Source: Mytilus trossulus
Lineage: Eukaryota
Assembly: GCF_036588685.1 (NCBI RefSeq)
Contig: NC_086374.1
Span: 42,718,001-42,782,000 of the forward strand
Direction: 5' to 3'
DNA length: 64,000 bases
In this document: one piece after another, positions 26,211 to 38,300 of the stretch
Position numbering within the stretch: the stretch's first letter is position 1
Layout: each line of letters opens with the position of its first letter
Made by a program: the position numbers and the translations under genes
Notes under the pieces: generated by a model
The model's database searches: none
What the model was told of the DNA's origin: nothing
Seen by the model: only the letters and a program-made list of their open reading frames with translations

Positions 26211-26418
26211 AAGTCTATAAATTCAAGGTATCAATATTGCTAAACAATTTACAAAAAATATTTCTTATAATACTCTTAATATAGAAAGGAGGGACGAAAG
26301 ATAGAAGTTTTATTATAAACAACTTTGGAAGTCGAAATTTATGTTTAAAGTTTTGCCAAGTTTGACATAGAAAGTAAGAATTAGAAAACAAATTGTTGCC
26401 ATATAGATTAAAACATTA

Positions 26419-27043
26419 TTAATCATAAGAAGTGACTTTTACTTCAAAAGTAGGATGACTGTTTATACTGGAATCAGTTTGTATATCACTATCATCTTCT
26501 ATAGAGATTGCATCATTTGTGGAAATGGTCTCCGTAGATTGACTATTGTATTGAGACATACTAGGGTCTGTACTCGTCTTATGTACTTCTAAATGTGATT
26601 TTATATTTAAATCATCAGTAAGGTCATTCAAACTTTTCGATTTAGACACTTTTCTTTTGAAATTGTCTTGAGAATTGGTATTTGTAAAGCTTCTTGATCT
26701 TCGCCGGCGTATTGTCTGCCACATGAAAGCCATAAGCTGAGATGGTCTATTCAAATATTGTGGTCGATCATCTACCCTGTCTCTTTTTGTATTTTTTTGG
26801 CGATTTGATCTGTTCGATTTTATTGATTTCATTGAACGGTTGCTAGATCTCCGCAATAAAGCACCAAAACTTAAATCTGTAAATAAACTATCACGTGGTT
26901 GGTTTATTTCAACAGGTAGATTTAGTCTGTCGTCGATTGGTTGCATATCGATATTGACAGAACTGCCTCCAGTACTGTTACCACTGGAAAAAGAAACCGG
27001 CACTTCATTGAGAATTTCCTGTTTGTAAGGTGTTGATCTGCAG
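26419..27043 (-). CDS. Gene D last exon: ~208-aa Ser/Arg/Asp-rich cytoplasmic tail
   Basis: Acceptor ttgcag|CTGCAG (phase 2), in frame with ORF 26419..27081; a second in-frame AG lies 6 nt downstream. Confidence 0.8.
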
Positions 27044-27319
27044 CTGCAATGATAATGAAAACAAATTTGATACATTTTCATTTACTGCACAGGGAAATTT
27101 ATGCACGTGAATTTCAAACGAGTTTATATATACGTAAAACTTAAGTAAAAATGCTGGTGTATTTCATGTGAATTTACCAAACAAATGATATTATTCTTGA
27201 TCTTAATTGAGTTTTGAGAATAACTTTACTTTCATGGGATTCACGTAAATCGCGGGCGAAGTCGTTTCATGCGCATTTCATGTTTAAGCTCGATTCAAAC
27301 TAAATTCATATGCATTTTA

Positions 27320-27665
27320 TGGTACCGTTAATTGTATTACTACCACTGGGTCGATACCTCTGCGAAGGTATCACCAGCCCAGTAGCCAGTACTTCGGTAC
27401 TGGCATGAAAATACGGATTTTTTTGTGATATTAAAATTTGCTGTTACAAATTATTAGAATTTATTATAGATTAAGGAATGTATCTCCCTCATGCAGAGCT
27501 CTGATTCCTTTCACGGATTTGGCTATACTTTTTGGACCTGTTGGATTATAGCTCTTCGTCTTTTATATAAGCTTTGGATTTCAAATATTTTGGCCACGAG
27601 CATCACTAAAGAGACATGTATTGTCGAAAGGCGCATCTGGTGCAAGAAAATTGGTACCGTTAATT
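27320..27665 (+). mobile_element. Retrozyme-like unit (332-bp period) with a mutated hammerhead at 27600-27643
   Basis: 14-bp direct repeat TGGTACCGTTAATT at 27320 and 27652; GCATCA-CTaAAGA-GAC atgtatt GTC-GAAA-ggcgca-TC-TGGTGC. Confidence 0.7.
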
Positions 27666-27779
27666 TTATTATGAGATATTCACGTGTCGTTTAAAATCTT
27701 AATTCTTGTAAATCATCGTGATTGAAATTGACATAGTTTATACTATATTCATATATTATCGGTTTTATTTTACTATTTC

Positions 27780-28035
27780 ATAGATTATAGTTGATAATCT
27801 CAACGAGATTGATTTTCTCGCTTGAACCTAGTACGGCGAAAGTGAGAAAACAGATTGAGTTGAGATGACCAATGAATACTGTGTAACGCTATTTTACCTA
27901 TGACGGCGTTGTCAATTTCACAAGCAACGCCACGTGCCCCTTAGTTTCTAGCAATAATTTTCATATCACTCGACTCAATGGAGAAAGGAAATTATCAGTC
28001 AGCAAGGAAAAAGGAAAATTTCGTAAAATAGTGAT
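27780..28035. mobile_element. Palindrome-plus-short-IR non-autonomous element (degenerate)
   Basis: atctcaac...ttttctcgctt / aagtgagaaaa...gttgagat arms; ctattttac / gtaaaatag IR. Confidence 0.5.
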
Positions 28036-28269
28036 TACCTATATTCCATTTTTACAGCTGCATATATCTTCACACCACAGTTATGAAGAAAAAGACATAT
28101 ATACGATTTCTTTTTTTAACAAATACGTTTCAAATTTTGAACTATTTGTGACCTTTTGAGTTAAAAAGAAAAAAAAACTGAAATCTTTGAATCTGGAATT
28201 CTAAAGCATACTGAGAAATTGACAAAAACTTACATAACAGATAAACACTATTACTCTACAATTACATAC

Positions 28270-28348
28270 CGTTTTATACAACAAACTAAAACGACAACTG
28301 TTAGTACTACGAACACAACTCCACCAAGTGATCCGCCAATAATACTAC
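28270..28348 (-). CDS. Gene D transmembrane exon (GSIIGGSLGGVVFVVLTVVVLVCCIKR)
   Basis: Acceptor ttttag|GTAGT (phase 1), donor AAACG|gtatgt (phase 2); 79 nt fits the frame. Confidence 0.85.
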
Positions 28349-29245
28349 CTAAAATGATTTGTAGTATTAGTATTGATTTTATTTAGAAAGTAATGTTGAT
28401 GATATTTTTACTTACATTGAAAAAGGGGGCCGTAAATACTAAGAGATGATTCAAAACCCCATAGGTCGAGATAATCAGACAATGCAGTGACAAAAAAGGA
28501 GGACGACGAAAAGACAAAATACTGCATCTAAAAGTCAACTCAGATAAATGAAAAGAAAACTCATAGATAGTTGCTCCAGGATTGTAAGCAACTCCTAATC
28601 AACTAGTGGCACATTTCGTGCTGCATATGGTAAGTACAAATTCGGAGATGTTTCATTCTGTCTTTAACTTTTCATCTTATTATTTCCACTTATTATAATG
28701 CCCTATTGAGTAGACAATATTTAATTATTTGATGTATTTACTTATATAGTAGATGGACAAAGCTAATCATTAATCTTTCTTTTTATATTTTTTCTACTTT
28801 TTCAGTCTGAGTAAAAATTACAACTACATTTTGTTCACTAGCAGTCATCATTTCAAAACAGGGGATTCCCCACGCTTACCAAGAAAATAGTGTCAAACAT
28901 TGTCACATATGGGTAAATATTACAAATAATTACGAACTTATAATTAATTCCTCTGATAAATTCTGAGACTTAAATTTCTTTTCATCAATTAAACTGTATA
29001 TGATATAATTCAACCATGTTAGATTTATCATGTTGCTAAATGTCACTTATTGGTAAGAGCATTAAAGATGAGATTTACGTAGATGTAACGCGCGTATGAC
29101 GTACTTTTTTTTATAAGTTTTGTACTTTTAAATAAATCTTACGTAAAAATCAACATAAACTAGACGGCACAACCATACATGTCATATATCTGTGGAAAAG
29201 TACGACTTTTAAACACAAAAAATCTGAAAAAGTGTGTTTCCTTAC

Positions 29246-29884
29246 CTATAGAATCTGCATTGTTGTTACCCTTTGGTCTATTTGTTTCATTGGTGGATGG
29301 TTCTATCTGAGAGTGCGAAGAAATGTCTGAAGACCAAATTTCTGTAGTAGATATAAGAATTGTCTTTGAAGAAGTTGATGTTTCTGGTGTTTTTGCCAGT
29401 GTTGATGATGGTAATGATGTTAATTCTGTTGTTACTGCTGCTAATGATGACGATGATGTTGAGGATGATGTTGGTGCGGACGACGATGAAGGCGACAACG
29501 ACTTCGATGATGATGGTGATGACGTCGATGTTGATGATGATTGTGATGATGACGATGAAGACGACAACGACTTGGATGATGATGGTGATGACGACGATGT
29601 TGCTGACGATTGTGATGACGACGATGTTGCTGACGATTGTGAGGACGACGATAAAGACGGCAACGACTTCGATGATGATGGTGATGACGTCGATGTTGAT
29701 GATGATGATGATTGAGAGGACGAAGACAAAATCGAAGACGTCGTCGTCAATGATGATGATGACGATGTTTCTGGATAATATACTAAAGAGGTAGTTTCCA
29801 TCGTATTCTTTACTGTCCACGAAAATGTCCTTGGTTCTGTAACAGTTGTAAGGGACTCATCAGGAGCAGTAACTGAAGCTTCGT
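29246..29884 (-). CDS. Gene D poly-Ser/Thr mucin-like ectodomain exon (639 nt, phase 1-1)
   Basis: Acceptor taacag|ACGAA, donor ATAG|gtaagg; within ORF 29160..29912. Confidence 0.85.
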
Positions 29885-30702
29885 CTGTTAAAAGAAGAAA
29901 GGTTTTAAACAAACATATTTATAACCGCTTATGCCTTGTATTTTATAATGCTAAAACTAAAACGGCACAACATGAATTTATTTTGAAAAATGTCTTTTTC
30001 CATAAACATCCCAATACCATAATAAAAAAAATGAGGTCACCGTTCACTTAAGCTCACAATCTGCCTTCGAAAGAAGAATGCATTTTTGTAAAGGTACTTT
30101 TTTTTATGTTGAACTGATAGGAGAAATAGTAGTAATATCAAAATAAAAAAATAAATAAATCACAGAAATCACTTAAATTTCACAACTGTTTAGTTAAAGT
30201 TCAGCTGATTTGAAAAAAAAAAAAAAATAATATAGGTCACAGATGAGTTAAAAAAGAATATGTTATCTTTAATGTCAACAAATGGTATTGTTGCACCAAA
30301 GGGAGATAATTTAGAGCATTTCCAATGGTATTAACATTTTAAAGTCAACTGGGGACAAAATGAATCGATATTCCGGGTTGATTTTTGTATCATATCATAA
30401 AGTAAAAACTAATAGTGTAATAAGTCAAATTTGTAATAAAAAAAATAAAATGTTAAAAGTTTTGCTGAAATTGTTGTAGTCTCGAGCCTCCATAAATTAA
30501 AAAATCGGGCATTTTGATAACATCACTTTCAGACCATTTTTTTTAACAAAGTATATAATATTTGTTCCAACAAGATTTTCAAATTGAAACTGTGCTCGAA
30601 TCGTTAATAATGCAGAAATGCCGGATGCCAATAGTTCACAACAGTATTTAGTTATGACTTTTACAAATATGTGTATTTAGGCATTTGCATGATAGTTATT
30701 AA

Positions 30703-31351
30703 AGCCTCGGTCACACCTTACCGGATAGCTCGAACGGACGCCTAACGGATAACTTTTTTTCAATCCGTTCAAGTCCGTTCTTATCCGTTAGGCGTCCGTC
30801 CATATCCGTTAGGCGTCCGTTAAGCGTCCGTTTTATCCGTTGACGTCCGTTCTGTCCGGTGGAAAATTTTGAGCATGTTCAAAACTTTGAACGGACGTCC
30901 AACGGATAAAATGTCCGTTGAACGTCCGTTAGGCATCCGTTATGCGTCCGTTTTGTACGGTACTCGTCCGTTTTGTATCCGTTACGTGTCCGTTATGCAT
31001 CCGTTATAGATCCGGTAGACTTATTCACCAAGAGACGTCTACCGGACGCCTAACGGATAAAACGGATGTTAAACGGACATTAACGGAAGGATAACGGTTA
31101 AAACGGATGTCTACCGGATGTAAAACGGACAAATGCCAATTGAAATTTCTCATGGTTTATTGCCTTAAATTTTTAGATGGTTTATTGCCTTTAATTTTCA
31201 GAATATTTTGTTCATCCGTTTTATCTATTCGCTTCCGTTGGGTGTCCGTTTAATCCGGTACTCGTCCGTTGGATGTACGTTCGACGTCCGTTCTGTCCTG
31301 TACGTCCGTTAGGCGTCCGTTCGAGCTATCCGGTAAGGTGTGACCGAGGCT
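30703..31351. mobile_element. PIF/Harbinger-type MITE (649 bp) with TAA TSD and internal TCCGTT/AACGGA repeats
   Basis: TAA|AGCCTCGGTCACACCTTACCGGATAGCTCGAACGGACGCCTAACGGA ... exact reverse complement |TAA. Confidence 0.9.
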
Positions 31352-34300
31352 TAAACTAGTAATGATACTACCGATGCATTTCGTTTGATTACAGTAAAAG
31401 AACAATGTAATACTTAGTATACGTAGATATAATCTCAAGACAAATTATTTTTGTGAACGAAACACCTTCAATGATTTTGCATCTTAATGCTGCATAACAA
31501 TAGGTATGCTTATGTCGCAAATATTTTCATCAATATTATTCGTGAATTACGTATCAAGTCAGATATATGCGAGTTGTTATCCATTCCTTTAATGAATTTG
31601 AGCGTTTTATTTTGCCATTTTATTTCGGACTTTCCGTTTTGAATTTTCCTCGTAGTTTGTTTTTCTGTTTGGTTATCTTACTTTTTAGTCAAAATAAAGT
31701 GTCTAATTCGCTGTCAACAGCAGCACTTTGCCGTATCCTTTCTATTCGCATACTTAACTATATCATCAAACATGAGAGATATATATGATGAAATCGGCAT
31801 TTTGAATCCGTAACTCCTCCTAAACAAGTAACTCAATATTTAGATAAATGAGTCCTTTTACTCTGCTAGATGTACGTTTACATAAGAAAATACCTGTACC
31901 AAGGCAGGAATATGACAGTTGTTTTCTACGGGTAAAAGGTTTGATGTGTTCGAACGTTGATTTTGCCGTTTGACAACGGACTTTCCCTTTTGAATATCCC
32001 TCGGAGTCCGATAGTTTATTTTACTTTTTAATTAATCCAATAGCATTAAATACCGGGTATGACGGTATGTGGTGTAAAACACGTATGTCAGTTCTGACGG
32101 GCTTTTAACCACGTAAATCGACTGTTTCTGTAGATATCAAAATGTTGGTTTAGTTTATTGATATCTTAATTTTGATAAAGACAAGAATACTATAAGATTG
32201 GTTGTGGTTCAACCTTTGGAAAATGTTCACATAAGTGTACAAAAAAACAGGCAAAAAAAAGAAAACTCGGTTTGATTTATACCATCATTGGACAAGGAAA
32301 GATAACTGAGATCTAATGAATTAACAACTATGTATTGGTTCTTTGGTCATATATCTAAATCTATAAACAACTTTCATACACGTGAGAGGTTAAGCTAGCT
32401 ATAAACCCACCGTTTTGTTCGACAAATTCATGTACAAAGTCAGAATGATACAATTGGTTCCGAGTCGTTCCGTTGATTGATGTAGTCGATCGTTTAGTTT
32501 TGTCAGGTTTTATGAACTTGCAACCTTTTCAAATTACATTGGAGTTCAGTGTTTCGTTAATTGATGTTTTTGTATATTTTCAACTTTAACTATTTCTGTT
32601 CTACTGACTAATGTTCTTGCAGCTCGTCAGCTGTCAGGGAAATCTTGATCGAGTATTTTGACGAAGATTGTGACAATAACGGTAATTGAAATGTATGGAG
32701 CTAAAAGATCTTCGAATCTCTTCGATAAATTACTATTCCTTATCGTCTATAAGAGGAAAACAACGGATCAACTGAATCACTGAACTACAACAAAGGCAAA
32801 ACAAAGGCAAATATACAGAGAAACAGACAGTAAATAACAACTTTCATATTAAAATTACTTTTTTATCTTCGCAATAGTCATGTTTGTTTCATGAACAACA
32901 GTGGAATACCGTAAAGTTATTGGTATTCCTATTGAATACGTACTATGCTCCTCTCATCACATGTGTGTTTGTTCGTTGTTATAAAGCAGTTTTTATACAA
33001 ATCATGAAAACCCGGCGAAACGCTTCTTGATATATTTTTCAATCATCTGCACATATGTAGACCCCATTTGCGCTCTACATGTTTCATATTTCATAATTAT
33101 ACAAATGATATGTATCGGCCTTTATAATCCATCTGTCTATATTCAATGATATGCTTGTTATAGATATATGTTAGAATTTTTCATATCAATATTTTTAACT
33201 AACATTAGGACAAATATGGCATAAAACTTACATTCGGACAAAGACGGCAACTGATATACATTGAGGACATAGATGACAAATTTCGTAAAATTCAAAAAAA
33301 AAAACTCTTATGATAAACAATGTAACACTCAAACAATTTTAAATTCATTTGAAAAAAAAAACAATGGTTAAATGACCTTTGTGTGGCTAATCCAAATTTT
33401 GAAGAAAGAAACGAAAATATTTTGAGGAACATTTTTTGAAAGATAATTGCGCCATTTGAAGCAATACAAATACATAGGCTCTAAAATACAATTACTAAGT
33501 ATTTGCTAACAGGAAAAATCTTATTGGTTCCAGTATTGTGTACTCTATTCAATGACAATTTAACACAGGAAATTTTCCTGAACTTTGCGTCAATTATGTT
33601 ATTATTAAGGAGGTACTAATCAAAACTGAAAACTATCAAAACATTTCCTTAGTGTCGCACATTGGTAAATCAATGGTTAATGGAAAATGAAGCAAACTAG
33701 TTTTTGGAGAATCATTAGTTTTTTTACAAACATATATACGATATAGATATAGGAAGATGTGATGTGAATGCAAATGAGACAACTCTCCATCCAAATGTAT
33801 GGATATGTATGGATATGTCTGGTTTATGGTTTTATTTAGAAGAGCCGTCAATGATATTTTAAATTTTTTTTATAAAAACAAAATACATGTACATTGTTTT
33901 AAGCTTGAAACTGGTCGCTTTTATAATTTTAACATATATTAAATGAAAGATCGTGTGCAATCTGTGGCGATTGAGTAATTGAAGATGAATATCGTTTTTT
34001 ATATTTTTATTTTTAAAAACACGAAGATATGCATCAAAGTTATATACATTTGTAAATACAATACTATTGGGGAAATCCTTCAGCTTTCAAACTTGTTCAG
34101 TTGTTATCAGTACAAAAAACTTAATTAGTTATGGAATGTTGTTGCCGAAAAGCTTTGCTGCTAGGCCGCTGTTATTCAATTGTATATCTATATAATTCCC
34201 TCCTATCTATTATTGTTATTGTTTGATGTATGTTCGTATTGAAATTGATGTATATTTTGTTATACTTTTATAAGCAGTATTGCTTTTTTTAAATAAAGTA

Positions 34301-35254
34301 TAAGTATTCCCATTATAACTTGATTTGCTGGATAATAGTGTATGGTTTGCTCAATCTGAATAAGTGTATATGTCGTAGCTGATTCGGTGTGTGTAGCTTG
34401 AATAGATTTCATTTTTATTAATGAGACGACTTCGATAAGGATAAATATAAATGATCGTGAATTGGTCAAAATCGCTACATTTTATCACAATTCATCTAGA
34501 GACGTTCGCCACAAAATGAAAATCAACAAATTGTATAATTTCATAATGCTAGCAGGAATTATATAAAAGGGTAAATCCAGTGTTTAAAAGTATTACTATT
34601 TATAAAGCAAAAAAGGTTTAAGAAATTTATCGATAAATCTTTATGTTTGGTTTAAAATATTTATTTCTAAAAGTAACAATACTGTTGCACCAACTAATTT
34701 ATAGTTTGAAGCAAAAAAAAATACTAAATGTATCTACATTTTTTACAGTAAAATTCTTTTACAGTTTACTCTGAACATAACGCAACATCGTCTCATTCTA
34801 CTGATTAGTTATGACTATTGTATGAAATCTAACTCCAATATAAAGATGTAGGATAGCAAATTCAAAGAACTTCCTCTATAGTTTACTTGTTTTAAATTAA
34901 TCTTATCTTTGGTAAATTGACTTTTAAAATCCAGCAAAAAGTTAAGTGTTTAGTAACTCATAAATTCCCGTTCGTTAATTCGAGAAGAATGCTAGATGAA
35001 TCTATTATATAAAATAGATATAGGAAGATGTGGTGTGAGTGCCAATGAGACAACTCTCCATCCAAATAACAATTTAAAAATTAAACCATTATAGGTTAAG
35101 TACGGCCTTCAACACGAAGCCTTGGCTCACACCGAACAACAAGCTATAAAGGGCCCCAAAATTACTAGTGTAAAACCATTCAAACGGGAGGACCATTTAA
35201 TTCGAAGATGAAAGTGATTCTAATATAATTAACAAAATATGGAACGTCACTCAC

Positions 35255-35309
35255 CTAAGTTTATGTATGTTAAAATCCAAATGTGAAAAATGAGTGTTGA
35301 AATGGACAT
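35255..35309 (-). CDS. Gene D probable exon 1, signal-peptide-like (MSISTLIFHIWILTYINL). Full gene D is ~465 aa
   Basis: ATG at 35309(-), donor TTAG|gtgagt, phase 1; 55+639+79+625=1398 nt. Extra exons in the 5.4-kb intron are not excluded. Confidence 0.6.
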
Positions 35310-36704
35310 TTTACATATTAAATACCCAATCAGGAAGTCTTCTGTTTAAGCTTTGTTCATTAAACAAGCAGGAAACATTTCAAAGGTAAAAAATTTGTAC
35401 CAAATTAAAAAATCGCCCCATTTTACACTCTACACCTGAAGTAAAAGGAAGTGTTTGTAAATAAATAAATGAACTGTAAAATTCGTGTAACCAATCTGGC
35501 ATGTAAGGTGTTGCATATAAACTTAAAATAGTTGTTAATAATCGTCGAAATTTAAATATCAATTTACCATGGACACTGCACCCAATACTGTTTATGTTTA
35601 ATATCCGCACATTTAATAAAGTTGCAGATACAATCTTATTACAGGTAAAATAGAACGATTGAACAGTGGAAGAAGGAATTATTTAATAATTACAAGGTAG
35701 GCGATTCAGAAAATCCAGTAATTACATATATTGATTTATATAATCATTTTTATGGGTGGTTATATCATTTGTTAAATTCGTGGCATTCGTTATTTTACCC
35801 ATCAAGATTACATGGAAGCCCCGAGAGCTGAATGTAAATATAACTTGGTAAAACCCGTCACATGTTTATTTGACTAAACCATGTCGAAATCCCATCGGTG
35901 GGGATGCTTAATTGTTTATCCAGAGTGTTATATGATCTTCAATTGTAAATTATTAGAAGATCTTTGAAACAGTACCAATCAAAATATCAAACATTCACCA
36001 TGTACATACATTAGCTCGTAGAAACGATCAAAGAACAAAGCAATCGCGTTAGAAGCTCCATGTTAATCAATATTTTCTTAGGTTCGAGTATAACTGTTTA
36101 CCCATCATTTTTTGCAGTTTTACTGTGAAATACGAAGAAACTTTGTCATTCAAAACAGAAAGTTTCTTCAAAAACTTTGCATCTACGCTTCACTTGTGAC
36201 CACAAACGTTGAGTGTGCGTCAAAGAACACAGTCATACGCACTCAATCTGAACAAAATTGTTATTCCTCCAAATAAATAACACATGTGCATTGATAGAAA
36301 AAAAAATGAAAGATACAAAGGTTATTATATAGTATGTCAGGCCTGCGTTATGTCTGCATAAAAATTTTTGTTTGCCATGGAATGGAAAAAAGTATAACAA
36401 AAATATATCGAACACCAAACCAAATTCTAAAAGGGGGAGTCCATAACAACTGACAAATATAAACGCTATAAATCAGAATCAACGGTACTAGTGAAAAAAA
36501 TCTAATAGTCTTTCCTCGGTACAGGCTTTTTCCGAAGAAATCTGTGGATTTAACCTGGTTTTATAGCTAGCTTAACCTCCAATTGCATTGTTTATAAAAC
36601 AGACATATCAAAACTATTGAAATTTAATTTAATCAAAAGTTTCAACATTCATCAAATTCTGCTTAGTAAATAAAAATATAGCGTTTCGAATAGTTTTTAC
36701 AATT

Positions 36705-37019
36705 TAATTAAGAAATGACTGTAATATTTTTTCTGTCTATGAAGCAATAGCATAAACAATTTGGTGCAGGTGCACACTGAATAACGCGCGAAGCGGGTTA
36801 TTTAACAGTGTGCACCACATTTTTTATGTTATTTCGAATAGACAGAAAAAATATTACAGTCATTTCTTATAATTTAATTCTAAATTTCATTTTAAACCGT
36901 AGAAAACCATGAAAAAACTTTGATGACGTCATGGTCACATGACTAAATTATATCTACGGGCTGACAACAAAATAACGTCAGCCAATCAGAAGACGCGTTA
37001 CATCCAAAATTAAATTATT
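36705..37019. mobile_element. Palindrome-plus-short-IR element; partial relatives at ~12805-13030, 17525-17930, 55040-55170
   Basis: TAAGAAATGACTGTAATATTTTTTCTGTCTAT ... ATAGACAGAAAAAATATTACAGTCATTTCTTA arms around GCGCGAAGCG; TAATTTAATT / AATTAAATTA IR. Confidence 0.75.
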
Positions 37020-37419
37020 CACTGATATTTCATGTCATTACAACAACGGTGACTACTAGGTAAGTATCTAATCTTCCAACAGAGGTAACTTCGATACAGT
37101 GTTAAAACTCATCAGAGCCGGAGGTACCAGAGTAAGGATTTGGTAAACCAGACGCGCTTTTTGTCTACATGGGATTCATCTTTGGTGATTAAAATTAAAC
37201 AGAAAAACAAATAAGAAGTTGAAAGGCATTGAACACTTAAAATTTGTTCCGTAGTCTATTTGGCTAATGATATCACTGTGTATATCCTGACAGTAGCTGC
37301 ATTGATCCGGTGGTTGTAAAACTCATCAGAGTTGGTAGGCTTATAATTTTGTATCTCAGACTAATTAACCCAATGAGGGTAAACATACTAAACAAAACGG
37401 AAGTACAGAAAAAACGACA

Positions 37420-38300
37420 AATCTTAAAAATACTTAACTCCGAGGAAAATTCGAAAGGAAATTCCCTAATCGAATGGCAAAATCAAACGATCAAACAAAT
37501 TAAACGAATGAATAACAACGGTCATATTTCTGACTTGGTATGTACAGGCATTTTCTTATGTAACAAATGGTGGAATAAACCTATTTTTAAAGCTAGCTAA
37601 ACCTCTCACTTGAATGACAGTCGCATCAAATTCCTTTACATTGAACAAAACAAACAGACATAATAGGTAAAATGTCAAAAATAGGGGTACAGCAGTCAAC
37701 ATTGTTTAATAATCGTAATCACAATAAAAACAAACAAATATGTTATAAAGAAGCATAACATGGCATATAGACAAGCAAATCACCAAAATAGTAGAGTAGA
37801 TTACACAAATTTACCATAGTACAAGAACACAATGACAGGATGTATAAGTACAGAACAACGTCGTATATTTATCAAGGAAAACATAAAAAAATAGCATCTA
37901 CATAAAGCGCATAAGCAAAAATGAATAACTAGAATACAAAAATGTTTTACAATAGCTCAATAACGGGATGTATAAGTACAGAGCCACAGCATGTGTATCA
38001 ATGAAACACCAAAAGGCATATAGGCAAAGCACATTAGCAAAATGAAAGACGTGGATTCGCGAACAATGACACAATGGAGGGATGTACAAGTACCGAGCCA
38101 CGTCAAATGGATATTAATAATAATTAAAAAAAAAGACTTAACAGTAAAAATTCTATTCATAAAGACAAATAAAAGAATAGTATAACACGTTATTAAGATG
38201 GTAAACAACCTCAGTACCCAGAATCTATACTTCAAGACCATTATGTTTGTGAAGTTGATACGGAATATTTATGAATAAGGTCTTGGTACCTTCCGATGAA
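37420..38300. repeat. Interspersed repeat (AACTCCGAGGAAAATTC...) with three internal GGATGTATAAGTAC units; shorter copies at ~17655-17775, 31560-31685, 31890-32030, 50495-50800
   Basis: Direct sequence matches among the listed loci. Confidence 0.7.

Noticed and set aside
29287-29820. Poly-Asp (29323..29715), poly-Met (29360..29794) and poly-Ile/Val ORFs, superficially like acidic shell-matrix proteins
   Set aside because: They are alternative frames or antisense readings of the poly-Ser exon; only the Ser/Thr frame has splice sites linking it to TM and tail exons.
32880-33110. Very decayed YRKVIGIP...APLI Penelope-like RT trace
   Set aside because: Too fragmentary to delimit as a feature.
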